In this document: one piece after another, positions 10,181 through 18,148 of the stretch
How the letters are laid out: every line of letters starts with the position of its first letter
Numbering within the stretch: position 1 is the stretch's first letter
Assembly (NCBI RefSeq): GCF_001598795.1
Contig: NZ_BCZP01000001.1
Span: 180,001-212,000, forward strand
Direction: 5' to 3'
Source: Delftia acidovorans NBRC 14950
Lineage (GTDB): Bacteria > Pseudomonadota > Gammaproteobacteria > Burkholderiales > Burkholderiaceae_C
DNA length: 32,000 bases
The notes under the pieces: generated by a model
The model's input: only the letters and a program-made list of their open reading frames with translations
What the model was told of the DNA's origin: nothing
Database searches by the model: none
Made by a program: the position numbers and the translations under genes

Positions 10181-10392
10181 CCTGCAGGCGATGGCCAGGA
10201 TCCCAGCTGGCGATCCATGGCTTCATCCCCCGCGGCCAGGTACAGGCATCAGGGGCTGGCGCACCCGCTGCCGCCATGGCGTGGACAATGGCGTCATGGT
10301 TTTGCAACTGCATCTGTTCCCCTCGGCAGCGATTCCGGCACACGGGCTGCCGAACGCCTTCTGCGCGGCGCTGCCGGCGACGGAGCTGGCCC

Positions 10393-11697
10393 ATGGCTGA
10401 TCTGTTCACCCAGGAGCCCTCCGCACCACTGGCCGAAGCCCTGCGGCCCAAGACCCTGGACGAGGTCGTGGGCCAGTCCCATCTGCTGGGCGAGGGCAAG
10501 CCGCTGCGCCTGGCCTTCCAGTCAGGCAAGCCGCATTCCATGATCTTCTGGGGGCCGCCCGGCGTGGGCAAGACTACGCTGGCCCGGCTCACGGCCACGG
10601 CCTTCAAGTGCGAGTTCATTGCGCTGTCTGCGGTGTTCTCCGGGGTCAAGGACATCCGCGCGGCCATGGAGCAGGCGCAGCAGAACCTGGCCATGGGCCG
10701 GCACACCATCCTCTTCGTGGACGAGATCCACCGCTTCAACAAGTCCCAGCAGGATGCGCTGCTGCCCTATGCGGAAAGCGGGCTGGTCACCTTCATCGGC
10801 GCCACCACGGAGAACCCTTCCTTCGAGGTGAACTCGGCCCTGCTGTCGCGCGCGCAGGTCTATGTGCTGCAATCCCTGACCGACGATGAACTCCGGCAAC
10901 TGCTGCTGCGGGCGCAGGAAAAGGCCCTGGGCGGCCTGGAGTTCGACGACCTGGCGCGGGACACCATCGTCGGCTATGCCGATGGCGATGCCCGGCGGTT
11001 CCTGAACCTGCTGGAGCAATGCCAGACGGCGGCCGGCGCTGCGGGCGTCACGCGGATCGATGCCGAGTTCGTGCAGAACGCGCTGACCTTGAATGCCAGG
11101 CGCTTCGACAAGGGCGGCGACAACTTCTACGACCAGATCTCGGCCCTGCACAAGTCCGTGCGCGGCTCCCATCCCGATGCGGCGCTCTACTGGCTCACGC
11201 GCATGCTCGATGGCGGGGCCGATGCGCGCTACCTGTCGCGGCGCATTGTGCGCATGGCCTGGGAGGATATCGGCCTGGCCGATCCGCGCGCCATGCAGAT
11301 CGCCAACGACGCGGCCCTGACCTATGAGCGCCTGGGCAGCCCCGAGGGCGAGCTGGCGCTGGGCCAGGCCGTCATCTACCTGGCCATGGCCGCCAAGAGC
11401 AACGCCGGCTACAACGCCTACAACAAGGCCCGGGCCTTCGTGAAGCAGGACAGGAGCCGCGAGGTGCCCGTGCACCTGCGCAACGCGCCCACCAAGCTCA
11501 TGAAGGAGCTGGGCTACGGCCATGAATACCGCTACGCGCACGACGAGCCCAACGCCTACGCGGCCGGCGAGACCTATCTGCCCGAAGGCATTGCGGAGCC
11601 GGGCTGGTACCAGCCCGTACCCCGGGGCCTGGAGATCAAGATCGGCGAGAAGCTGGCCGTGCTGCGCAAGTGGGACGAAGAGGCTGGCGGCGCATAG
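10393..11697 (+). CDS. rarA: Replication-associated recombination protein A (AAA+ ATPase)
   Basis: [39 protein letters not shown]..., Walker [12 protein letters not shown], Walker B/sensor [20 protein letters not shown], and a MgsA C-terminal domain ([23 protein letters not shown]). Internal start within track ORF 10276..11697. Confidence 0.95.
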   Translation: MADLFTQEPSAPLAEALRPKTLDEVVGQSHLLGEGKPLRLAFQSGKPHSMIFWGPPGVGKTTLARLTATAFKCEFIALSAVFSGVKDIRAAMEQAQQNLAMGRHTILFVDEIHRFNKSQQDALLPYAESGLVTFIGATTENPSFEVNSALLSRAQVYVLQSLTDDELRQLLLRAQEKALGGLEFDDLARDTIVGYADGDARRFLNLLEQCQTAAGAAGVTRIDAEFVQNALTLNARRFDKGGDNFYDQISALHKSVRGSHPDAALYWLTRMLDGGADARYLSRRIVRMAWEDIGLADPRAMQIANDAALTYERLGSPEGELALGQAVIYLAMAAKSNAGYNAYNKARAFVKQDRSREVPVHLRNAPTKLMKELGYGHEYRYAHDEPNAYAAGETYLPEGIAEPGWYQPVPRGLEIKIGEKLAVLRKWDEEAGGA

Positions 11698-11729
11698 CCG
11701 AAGCCGGTGAGGGCAGGCCGGTGCCGGGG

Positions 11730-12179
11730 CTAGGCGCCCGGGCCGGGCTCCACGGCCACGTCCCGCGCGTGCAGGGGGGCGTTGCACTCCGAGCAGACGA
11801 CCAGGGGGTCGAACGTGTGGCCGCACACCGTATGCCGGTGCAGCACGGGCCGGCCTTCCTCGCCGGACATGTGTACATCACCCCAGTGCACGATGGCCAT
11901 GACCACGGGATGCAGGTCCAGCCCCTTGGGCGTGAGGCGGTACTCGTGCCGTACCGGCGCCTCCTGGTAGGCCACTTTCTTGAGCACGCCTGCCTCGACC
12001 AGCCTGGCCAGCCTGTCCGACAGCATGGGGCGTGAAATGCCCAGGCGTCCCAGGAATTCATCAAAACGGCGTACGCCCAGAAAGCAGTCGCGCAGCACCA
12101 GCAGCGTCCAGCGGTCGCCGATGACCGAGACCGTGCGTGCGATGGAGCAGCGCTCCTCTTCCAGTTCGTTCCATTTCAT
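11730..12179 (-). CDS. HxlR-family winged-helix transcriptional regulator with a Cys/His-containing C-terminal extension
   Basis: MKWNELEEERCSIARTVSVIGDRWTLLVLRDCFLGVRRFDEFLGRLGISRPMLSDRLARLVEAGVLKKVAYQEAPVRHEYRLTPKGLDL is a canonical HxlR core. About 40 extra residues contain HTVCGH...CSEC. Only the 3' third of track ORF 11730..13061 is taken as real. Confidence 0.88.
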   Translation of the reverse strand: MKWNELEEERCSIARTVSVIGDRWTLLVLRDCFLGVRRFDEFLGRLGISRPMLSDRLARLVEAGVLKKVAYQEAPVRHEYRLTPKGLDLHPVVMAIVHWGDVHMSGEEGRPVLHRHTVCGHTFDPLVVCSECNAPLHARDVAVEPGPGA

Positions 12180-12229
12180 TGGGCAGTTCCCCGCTTGACG
12201 GGTTCTGACTTTAAACCTACCGTGCATTG

Positions 12230-12246
12230 AGTTCAAAAAATGAACT
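12230..12246. promoter_or_regulatory. Inverted repeat AGTTCA-A5-TGAACT in the HxlR/SDR divergent region; candidate operator
   Basis: Perfect 6-bp arms at 12230-12235 and 12241-12246, 24 nt upstream of the SDR ATG. The SDR gene has a GGAG SD. Confidence 0.35.
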
Positions 12247-12269
12247 GACCAATCATCCACGGAGATCCC

Positions 12270-12998
12270 ATGACCGACAAGAAAGCCATTCTCGTGATCG
12301 GCGCTGGCGACGCCACGGGCGGCGCCATCGCCCGGCGTTTTGCGCGCGAAGGCTATATCGCCTGCGTCACGCGCCGCGACGCGGACAAGCTCCAGCCCCT
12401 GGTCGAACAGATCCGCGCCGCCGGTGGCCAAGCCCATGGTTTTGGCAGCGACGCGCGCAAGGAAGAGGAAATGGTGGCCCTGGTGCAGAAGATCGAGGCC
12501 GAGATCGCACCCATCGAGGTCGCCGTCTTCAACATCGGCGCCAACGTGCGCTTCGGCATCACCGAGACCACGGCGCGCGTCTACTTCAAGGTCTGGGAGA
12601 TGGCCTGCTTCGCCGGCTTCCTGATGGGGCGGGAGGCGGCCAGGGTGATGCTGCCGCGCGGCCGGGGCACCATCATCTTCACGGGCGCCACCGCCAGCCT
12701 GCGCGGGCGCGAGGGCTTTGCGGCGTTTGCCGGTGCCAAGCACGGCCTGCGTGCGCTGGCCCAGAGCATGGCGCGCGAGCTCTGGCCCAAGGGCATCCAT
12801 GTGGCCCACCCCGTGATCGACGGCGCCATCGACACGGAGTTCATCCGAACCAACTTTCCCGAACGCTATGCCCTCAAGCAGCAGGACGGCATCCTCAATC
12901 CCGACCACATCGCCGACCTCTACTGGCAACTGCACCAGCAGCCGCGCGATGCATGGACGCATGAAACCGAAATCCGCCCCTGGATGGAGTCCTGGTAG
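12270..12998 (+). CDS. Short-chain dehydrogenase/reductase family protein, atypical (FxxxK in place of YxxxK)
   Basis: Rossmann motif VIGAGDATGGAIA and an NNAG-like FNIGAN. The active-site region TASLRGREGFAAFAGAKHG has F153 (TTT 12726-12728) and K157 where classical SDRs have Y-x3-K. Confidence 0.85.
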   Translation: MTDKKAILVIGAGDATGGAIARRFAREGYIACVTRRDADKLQPLVEQIRAAGGQAHGFGSDARKEEEMVALVQKIEAEIAPIEVAVFNIGANVRFGITETTARVYFKVWEMACFAGFLMGREAARVMLPRGRGTIIFTGATASLRGREGFAAFAGAKHGLRALAQSMARELWPKGIHVAHPVIDGAIDTEFIRTNFPERYALKQQDGILNPDHIADLYWQLHQQPRDAWTHETEIRPWMESW

Positions 12999-13000
12999 GC

Positions 13001-13036
13001 CCTTCAGCCATTTGCGCCCCTTCAGCCGCTTCAGCC
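13001..13036. repeat. Short direct repeat C/G-CTTCAGCC, 3 copies (13001-13009, 13019-13027, 13028-13036), then degenerate CCTTCGCTTCG
   Basis: Read directly from the SDR / isomerase intergenic spacer. Confidence 0.7.
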
Positions 13037-13078
13037 CCTTCGCTTCGATGTTCCATCCCATTTGATGCAGGCCGTGCC

Positions 13079-13684
13079 ATGAAACCCAACGTGCAATTCC
13101 TCTTCGACTTCGGCAGCCCCAACGCCTATCTCTGCCACCAGGTCATCCCCGCAATCGAGGCGCGCAGCGGCATCCGCTTCGACTATGTGCCGGTCCTGCT
13201 GGGCGGCCTGTTCAAGCTGGCCAACAACCGCTCACCGGCCGAGGCGAATGCCGACATTCCCAACAAGCGCGCCTATGAGGCGCTGGAACTGCAGCGTTTC
13301 GTGCAAAGGCATGGGCTCATGCGCTTCCGGATGAATCCGCACTTTCCCGTCAACACCCTGCAAATCATGCGCGGGGCCGTGGCGGCGCAGGGCCTGGGCT
13401 GCTTCGAGCGCTATGTGGATGCGGTGTTCTCCAGCATGTGGGAGAAGGGCTGCAAGATGGACGATGCCCAGGTGATCGGCACCGAGCTGTCCGGGGCGGG
13501 CCTGGACGCCCCAGCCCTGATCGCCGCAAGCCAGACGCCCGAAGTCAAGGCCCGGCTGCTGGCAAATACCGAGCAGGCCTTCCACCGTGGCGCTTTCGGA
13601 TCGCCCACCTTTTTTGTTGGCGACGAGATCTACTTCGGCAAGGACCGCCTGCGCGATGTGGAGGAAGAAGCGCTGCGGGCCTGA
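13079..13684 (+). CDS. 2-hydroxychromene-2-carboxylate isomerase family protein (DsbA-like thioredoxin fold, GST-kappa related)
   Basis: N-terminal FLFDFGSPNAYL (no CxxC), C-terminal GAFGSPTFFVGDEIYFGKDRL, and a length of 201 aa are all typical of the HCCA isomerase/DsbA family. Confidence 0.85.
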   Translation: MKPNVQFLFDFGSPNAYLCHQVIPAIEARSGIRFDYVPVLLGGLFKLANNRSPAEANADIPNKRAYEALELQRFVQRHGLMRFRMNPHFPVNTLQIMRGAVAAQGLGCFERYVDAVFSSMWEKGCKMDDAQVIGTELSGAGLDAPALIAASQTPEVKARLLANTEQAFHRGAFGSPTFFVGDEIYFGKDRLRDVEEEALRA

Positions 13685-13692
13685 AGCCAGCC

Positions 13693-14040
13693 TCAGGCCG
13701 ATCGCCCGTCGTAGCGCGTGATGCGCAGCGCCTCGGGGTCCACGCCTTCCAGGCAGCGCACGTTGACGGCCGCCATGTGCCGGCCCTGGGGATCGATGGC
13801 CTCGCCGAACGGATGGATGCCGCAGGTAGGGCAGAAGCGGTGCTGGATCAGGTGCCGGTGGAAGGTGTAGGTGCGCATCTGCTCCTCGGGCGTGCTCAGT
13901 TGCAGTTGTTCGCGGGGAACGAACCACATGAGCGCGCCCTTGCGTGCGCAGATGGAGCAGTTGCAGGCCATGACCTGGGTGAGTTCGCCTTCCACATCGA
14001 AAGCGATGCCGCCGCAGTGGCAGCTGCCGTGGTATTTCAT
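13693..14040 (-). CDS. GFA-family (CENP-V/glutathione-dependent formaldehyde-activating enzyme-like) zinc protein
   Basis: MKYHGSCHCGGIAFDVEG...ACNCSICARKG...CPTCG shows the Cys pattern characteristic of the GFA domain. 115 aa. Confidence 0.85.
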   Translation of the reverse strand: MKYHGSCHCGGIAFDVEGELTQVMACNCSICARKGALMWFVPREQLQLSTPEEQMRTYTFHRHLIQHRFCPTCGIHPFGEAIDPQGRHMAAVNVRCLEGVDPEALRITRYDGRSA

Positions 14041-14161
14041 CGGGGTTCTCCGTGGCCACCGCGGGCTGGCGGCACTGCCGTTGATGGTAGGAGTTCATGC
14101 TGGCTACGGCAAATTGCTGCAGTGCTACATAAGAGCGTTTGGCTTGTAAAGCCTCGGAAAA

Positions 14162-14207
14162 CCCCCCTGCAACAAGGCGTTGCAGGCCACCGGGGGGTGC
14201 CTAGAAT
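14162..14207 (+). promoter_or_regulatory. Candidate livHMGF promoter (TTGCAG, 16-nt spacer, TAGAAT) overlapped by an 8-bp perfect inverted repeat
   Basis: TAGAAT 14202-14207 and TTGCAG 14180-14185. Inverted repeat CCTGCAAC (14166-14173) / GTTGCAGG (14179-14186), flanked by C6 (14162-14167) and G6 (14192-14197). Confidence 0.4.
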
Positions 14208-14345
14208 CGCCAATCCCCTGCGGTTTCCGGGCCACAAGCCAGGATGCGGCGGGAGAGCTTCCACCACCATGGCATTGCTGGCTCCGTTCGTTTGGATGCG
14301 AGGCACGCTGAATGTCTCCATCCTGGACTAAAGGGGAGAGCGCAT

Positions 14346-15275
14346 ATGGACATACTGCTTCAGCAGGTCATCAACGGATTGGTCCTGGGCAGCATGTACG
14401 CCCTGATCGCCCTGGGCTACACCATGGTGTACGGCATCATCCAGCTCATCAACTTCGCCCATGGCGAGGTGCTCATGGTCGGCGCGCTGACCAGCTGGAG
14501 CTGCATAGGCCTGATGCAGGAGGCCATGCCCGGTGCGCCGGGCTGGCTGATCCTGCTGCTGGCGACCGTGATCGCCTGCGTGGTGGCCGCGGCACTGAAT
14601 TTCGTGATCGAGAAAGTGGCCTACCGCCGCCTGCGCAGCAGCCCGCGCCTGGCGCCGCTGATCACGGCCATCGGCGTCTCGCTGCTGCTGCAGACGCTGG
14701 CCATGATCATCTGGAAGCCCAACTACAAGGCCTATCCCACGCTGCTGCCGAGCACGCCCTTCGAGATCGGCACGGCGGTGATCACGCCCACCCAGATCCT
14801 GGTGCTGGTGGTCACGGCGATCGCGCTGGCATCGCTGACCTATCTGGTCAACTACACCAAGCTCGGGCGCGCCATGCGGGCCACAGCCGAGAATCCGCGC
14901 GTGGCGGCCTTGATGGGCGTCAAGCCCGACGTGGTGATCTCGGCCACCTTCATCATCGGCGCCGTGCTGGCGGCCATCGCGGGCATCATGTATGCCTCCA
15001 ACTACGGCACGGCCCACCACACCATGGGCTTTCTGCCGGGGCTCAAGGCCTTCACGGCGGCCGTGTTCGGCGGCATCGGCAACCTGGCCGGCGCCGTGGT
15101 CGGCGCCATGCTGCTGGGGCTGATCGAGTCCATAGGCTCGGGCTACATCGGCGACCTCACGGGCGGCGTATTGGGCAGCCACTACACCGACATCTTCGCC
15201 TTCATCGTGCTCATCATCATCCTGACGCTGCGCCCCTCGGGCCTGCTGGGTGAGCGTGTGGCCGACCGCGCCTGA
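14346..15275 (+). CDS. livH: Branched-chain amino acid ABC transporter permease LivH
   Basis: MDILLQQVINGLVLGSMYALIALGYTMVYGIIQLINFAHGEV... is a typical LivH N-terminus. AGGGGAGAG SD. Internal start within track ORF 14244..15275. Confidence 0.93.
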   Translation: MDILLQQVINGLVLGSMYALIALGYTMVYGIIQLINFAHGEVLMVGALTSWSCIGLMQEAMPGAPGWLILLLATVIACVVAAALNFVIEKVAYRRLRSSPRLAPLITAIGVSLLLQTLAMIIWKPNYKAYPTLLPSTPFEIGTAVITPTQILVLVVTAIALASLTYLVNYTKLGRAMRATAENPRVAALMGVKPDVVISATFIIGAVLAAIAGIMYASNYGTAHHTMGFLPGLKAFTAAVFGGIGNLAGAVVGAMLLGLIESIGSGYIGDLTGGVLGSHYTDIFAFIVLIIILTLRPSGLLGERVADRA

Positions 15276-15285
15276 GGAGACCCGC

Positions 15286-16365
15286 ATGAACAGCAAGAAG
15301 ACCGTGCAATGGATTCTGGGCGGCCTGGCGCTGATGGTGCTGCCGCTGGTGCTGCAGTACTTCGGCAATGCCTGGGTGCGCATCGCCGACCTGGCCCTGC
15401 TCTATGTGCTGCTGGCACTGGGCCTGAACGTGGTGGTGGGCTATGCAGGCCTGCTGGACCTGGGCTACGTGGCGTTCTACGCCGTGGGCGCCTACATGTT
15501 CGCGCTGATGGCCTCGCCGCATCTGGCGGAGACCTTCGAGGGCTTTGCCGCCATGTTCCCTGACGGGCTGCATACCTCCATCTGGCTGGTGATACCGCTG
15601 GCGGCGCTGCTGGCGGGCATCACGGGAATACTGCTGGGCATCCCGGTGCTCAAGCTGCGCGGGGACTACCTGGCCATCGTCACGCTGGGCTTCGGCGAGA
15701 TCATCCGCATCTTCATGAACAACCTGGACCAGCCGGTCAACATCACCAACGGCCCCAAGGGCATAGGCCAGATCGACTCGGTGAAGATTCTGGGCCTGGA
15801 CCTGGCCAAGCGCCAGGAGATCTTCGGCTACGACATCAGCTCGGTCACGCTGTACTACTACCTGTTCCTCTTCCTGGTGCTCGTCAGCATCGTGATCTGC
15901 TGGCGCCTGCAGGACTCGCGCATCGGCCGCGCCTGGATGGCCATCCGCGAGGACGAGATCGCCGCCAAGGCCATGGGCATCAACACGCGCAACATGAAGC
16001 TGCTGGCCTTCGGCATGGGCGCTTCCTTCGGTGGTGTCTCGGGCGCCATGTTCGCGGCCTTCCAGGGCTTCGTCTCGCCCGAGTCGTTCAGCCTCATGGA
16101 GTCCATCATGATCGTGGCCATGGTGGTGCTGGGCGGCCTGGGCCATTTGCCGGGCGTGATCCTGGGGGCGGTGCTGCTGTCGGCCCTGCCCGAGGTGCTG
16201 CGCTATGTGGCCGGGCCTCTGCAGCAGATGACCGACGGGCGGCTTGACGCCTCCATCCTGCGCCAGTTGCTGATCGCGCTGGCCATGATCGTCATCATGC
16301 TGATGCGTCCGCGCGGCCTGTGGCCGTCGCCCGAGCATGGCAAGAACCTGCCGCACCAGTCCTGA
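15286..16365 (+). CDS. livM: Branched-chain amino acid ABC transporter permease LivM
   Basis: LLALGLNVVVGYAGLLDLGYVAFYAVGAYMFAL is a LivM-type permease core. GAGGAG SD. Follows livH after 10 nt. Confidence 0.93.
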   Translation: MNSKKTVQWILGGLALMVLPLVLQYFGNAWVRIADLALLYVLLALGLNVVVGYAGLLDLGYVAFYAVGAYMFALMASPHLAETFEGFAAMFPDGLHTSIWLVIPLAALLAGITGILLGIPVLKLRGDYLAIVTLGFGEIIRIFMNNLDQPVNITNGPKGIGQIDSVKILGLDLAKRQEIFGYDISSVTLYYYLFLFLVLVSIVICWRLQDSRIGRAWMAIREDEIAAKAMGINTRNMKLLAFGMGASFGGVSGAMFAAFQGFVSPESFSLMESIMIVAMVVLGGLGHLPGVILGAVLLSALPEVLRYVAGPLQQMTDGRLDASILRQLLIALAMIVIMLMRPRGLWPSPEHGKNLPHQS

Positions 16366-16367
16366 GC

Positions 16368-17177
16368 ATGGAGACAACGCAGATGGCGAACACGGCAGAC
16401 AACGGCTCCACCTCCCCGGTGCTCAGGGTTTCGGGCATTTCCAAGCGCTTTGGCGGACTGCAGGCCCTGTCCGATGTGGGCATGACCATTGGCCGTGGCC
16501 AGGTCTACGGCCTGATCGGTCCCAACGGCGCGGGCAAGACCACTTTCTTCAACGTGATCACGGGCCTGTACACGCCCGACAGCGGCAGCTTCGAGCTGGC
16601 CGGCAAGGCCTACGAGCCCTCGGCCGTGCACAAGGTGGCCAAGGCTGGCATTGCGCGCACCTTCCAGAACATCCGGCTGTTTGCCGAGATGACGGCGCTG
16701 GAGAACGTGATGGTCGGGCGCCATGTGCGCACGCATTCGGGCCTGATCGGCGCGGTGTTCCGCACGCCCGGCTTCAAGGCCGAGGAAGCCGCGATTCGCG
16801 CGCGGGCCCGCGAACTGCTGGACTACGTGGGGATTTCCAAATACGCCGACTTCAAGGCCCGCACGCTGAGCTACGGCGACCAGCGCCGCCTGGAGATCGC
16901 GCGGGCGCTGGCCACCGACCCGCAACTGATCGCGCTGGACGAGCCTGCCGCCGGCATGAACGCCACCGAGAAGGTGCAGCTGCGCGAGCTGATTGACCGC
17001 ATCCGCCGGGACCAGCGCACCATCTTGCTGATCGAACACGACGTGAAGCTGGTCATGGGCCTGTGCGATCGCGTCACCGTGCTCGACTATGGCAAGCCCA
17101 TCGCCGAAGGCACGCCGGCCGAGGTGCAGAAGAACGACAAGGTGATCGAAGCCTATCTGGGCACCGGAGGACACTGA
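16368..17177 (+). CDS. livG: Branched-chain amino acid ABC transporter ATP-binding protein LivG
   Basis: Walker A GPNGAGKTT, signature LSYGDQRRLEIARAL, Walker B LIALDEPAAGM, and the LivG C-terminal KVIEAYLG. The start could alternatively be ATG 16383. Confidence 0.93.
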   Translation: METTQMANTADNGSTSPVLRVSGISKRFGGLQALSDVGMTIGRGQVYGLIGPNGAGKTTFFNVITGLYTPDSGSFELAGKAYEPSAVHKVAKAGIARTFQNIRLFAEMTALENVMVGRHVRTHSGLIGAVFRTPGFKAEEAAIRARARELLDYVGISKYADFKARTLSYGDQRRLEIARALATDPQLIALDEPAAGMNATEKVQLRELIDRIRRDQRTILLIEHDVKLVMGLCDRVTVLDYGKPIAEGTPAEVQKNDKVIEAYLGTGGH

Positions 17178-17180
17178 ACC

Positions 17181-17927
17181 ATGGGTGAGCAAGTGCAAGA
17201 CAAGGGCGTGTCCGCGCCGGTGCTGTTGAAGGTCCAGGGACTGAAGGTGGCCTATGGCGGCATTCAGGCCGTCAAGGGCGTGGACTTCGAGGTCCGCCAG
17301 GGCGAGCTGGTCTCGCTGATCGGCTCCAACGGTGCGGGCAAGACCACGACCATGAAGGCCGTCACGCGCAGCCTGCAGATGGCGGATGGCGACGTGCACT
17401 ACCTGGGTCGCAGCATCCGCAGCGTGGGCGCCTGGGATCTGGTGGCCCAGGGCCTGGTCATGGTGCCGGAGGGGCGCGGCGTGTTCGCGCGCATGACCAT
17501 CACCGAGAACCTGCTCATGGGCGCCTACACGCGCAACGACAAGGCCGGCATTGCCGCCGACATCGAGCGCATGTTCGGCATCTTCCCGCGCCTGAAGGAG
17601 CGCCGCGACCAGCTGGCCGGCACCATGTCGGGTGGCGAGCAGCAGATGCTGGCCATGGCGCGCGCGCTGATGAGCCAGCCCAAGGTGCTGCTGCTGGACG
17701 AGCCCTCCATGGGCCTGTCGCCCATCATGGTGGACAAGATCTTCGAGGTGGTGCGCGATGTGCATGCGCTGGGCGTGACGCTGGTGCTGGTCGAGCAGAA
17801 CGCCAGCCGTGCGCTGGCGCTGGCCGATCGCGGCTATGTGATGGAATCCGGCCTGATCACCATGACCGGGCCAGGCCAGACCCTGCTCAGCGATCCGCGC
17901 GTGCGGGCCGCCTACCTGGGCGAGTGA
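17181..17927 (+). CDS. livF: Branched-chain amino acid ABC transporter ATP-binding protein LivF
   Basis: Walker A GSNGAGKTT, signature MSGGEQQMLAMARAL, Walker B LLLLDEPSMGL, and C-terminal VRAAYLGE. Confidence 0.93.
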   Translation: MGEQVQDKGVSAPVLLKVQGLKVAYGGIQAVKGVDFEVRQGELVSLIGSNGAGKTTTMKAVTRSLQMADGDVHYLGRSIRSVGAWDLVAQGLVMVPEGRGVFARMTITENLLMGAYTRNDKAGIAADIERMFGIFPRLKERRDQLAGTMSGGEQQMLAMARALMSQPKVLLLDEPSMGLSPIMVDKIFEVVRDVHALGVTLVLVEQNASRALALADRGYVMESGLITMTGPGQTLLSDPRVRAAYLGE

Positions 17928-17960
17928 ACTCCGGGGCAGCCGCCTGCGCACAGGTTGCTG

Positions 17961-18148
17961 GAATGTCCCGTGCCATCGACGGGATATGGCAAAAATATGA
18001 CGATTTGATGAAGATTCATCGAATGCCCATCGATGCGGGATGTTGCGTATTGGTGCGATGAAGCAGGTTTTTCGAGAAAATTCGCGCAAAAAAGCAATTT
18101 TTGGAAAGAAATCGAAAAACCAGCTTCTGGCACTGCGGGCGCGATAAT
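17961..18148. promoter_or_regulatory. AT-rich, repeat-dense intergenic region ending in a GATAAT -10-like box
   Basis: About 40% G+C by hand count over 17981-18120. Hairpin TCCCGT/ACGGGA (17966-17984). Direct repeats CCATCGA..GGGAT (17973-17985, 18027-18041). Palindrome GATGAA-GA-TTCATC (18007-18020) and a second GATGAAG (18057-18063). Perfect 9-bp inverted repeat GTTTTTCGA (18067-18075) / TCGAAAAAC (18112-18120) enclosing CAAAAA/TTTTTG. GATAAT at 18143-18148. Confidence 0.4.

Noticed and set aside
10173-10400. 75-aa ORF ([16 protein letters not shown]...) in the brnQ-rarA gap, whose stop overlaps the rarA ATG (ATGGCTGA)
   Set aside because: The composition is rich in Trp, Arg, His and Pro. 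There is no SD. Third-position GC is only about 75% by my count, below the partial ORF at 1-201 (about 82%) and, by eye, the other genes. It resembles no family I know. The stop/start overlap alone is not evidence.
11698-11729. Possible terminator between the convergent rarA and hxlR genes (GCCGGTG...GCCGGTG)
   Set aside because: The two GCCGGTG copies are direct repeats, not inverted. No stem plus U-run can be drawn.
11730-13061. 443-aa ORF on the minus strand that would fuse the HxlR regulator to a long N-terminal region
   Set aside because: Only the last 149 codons (from MKWNELEEERCS, ATG complement 12177-12179) look like a real protein. The upstream part is antisense to the well-supported SDR gene and has junk composition.
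18128-18142. Sigma-54-like element TGGCAC-N5-GCGC upstream of the DUF486 gene
   Set aside because: The -24 TGGCAC is good and the GG-N10-GC spacing holds. The -12 region reads GCGC instead of TTGC(A/T), and no enhancer-binding-protein gene is nearby. The GATAAT box at 18143-18148 is a simpler explanation.
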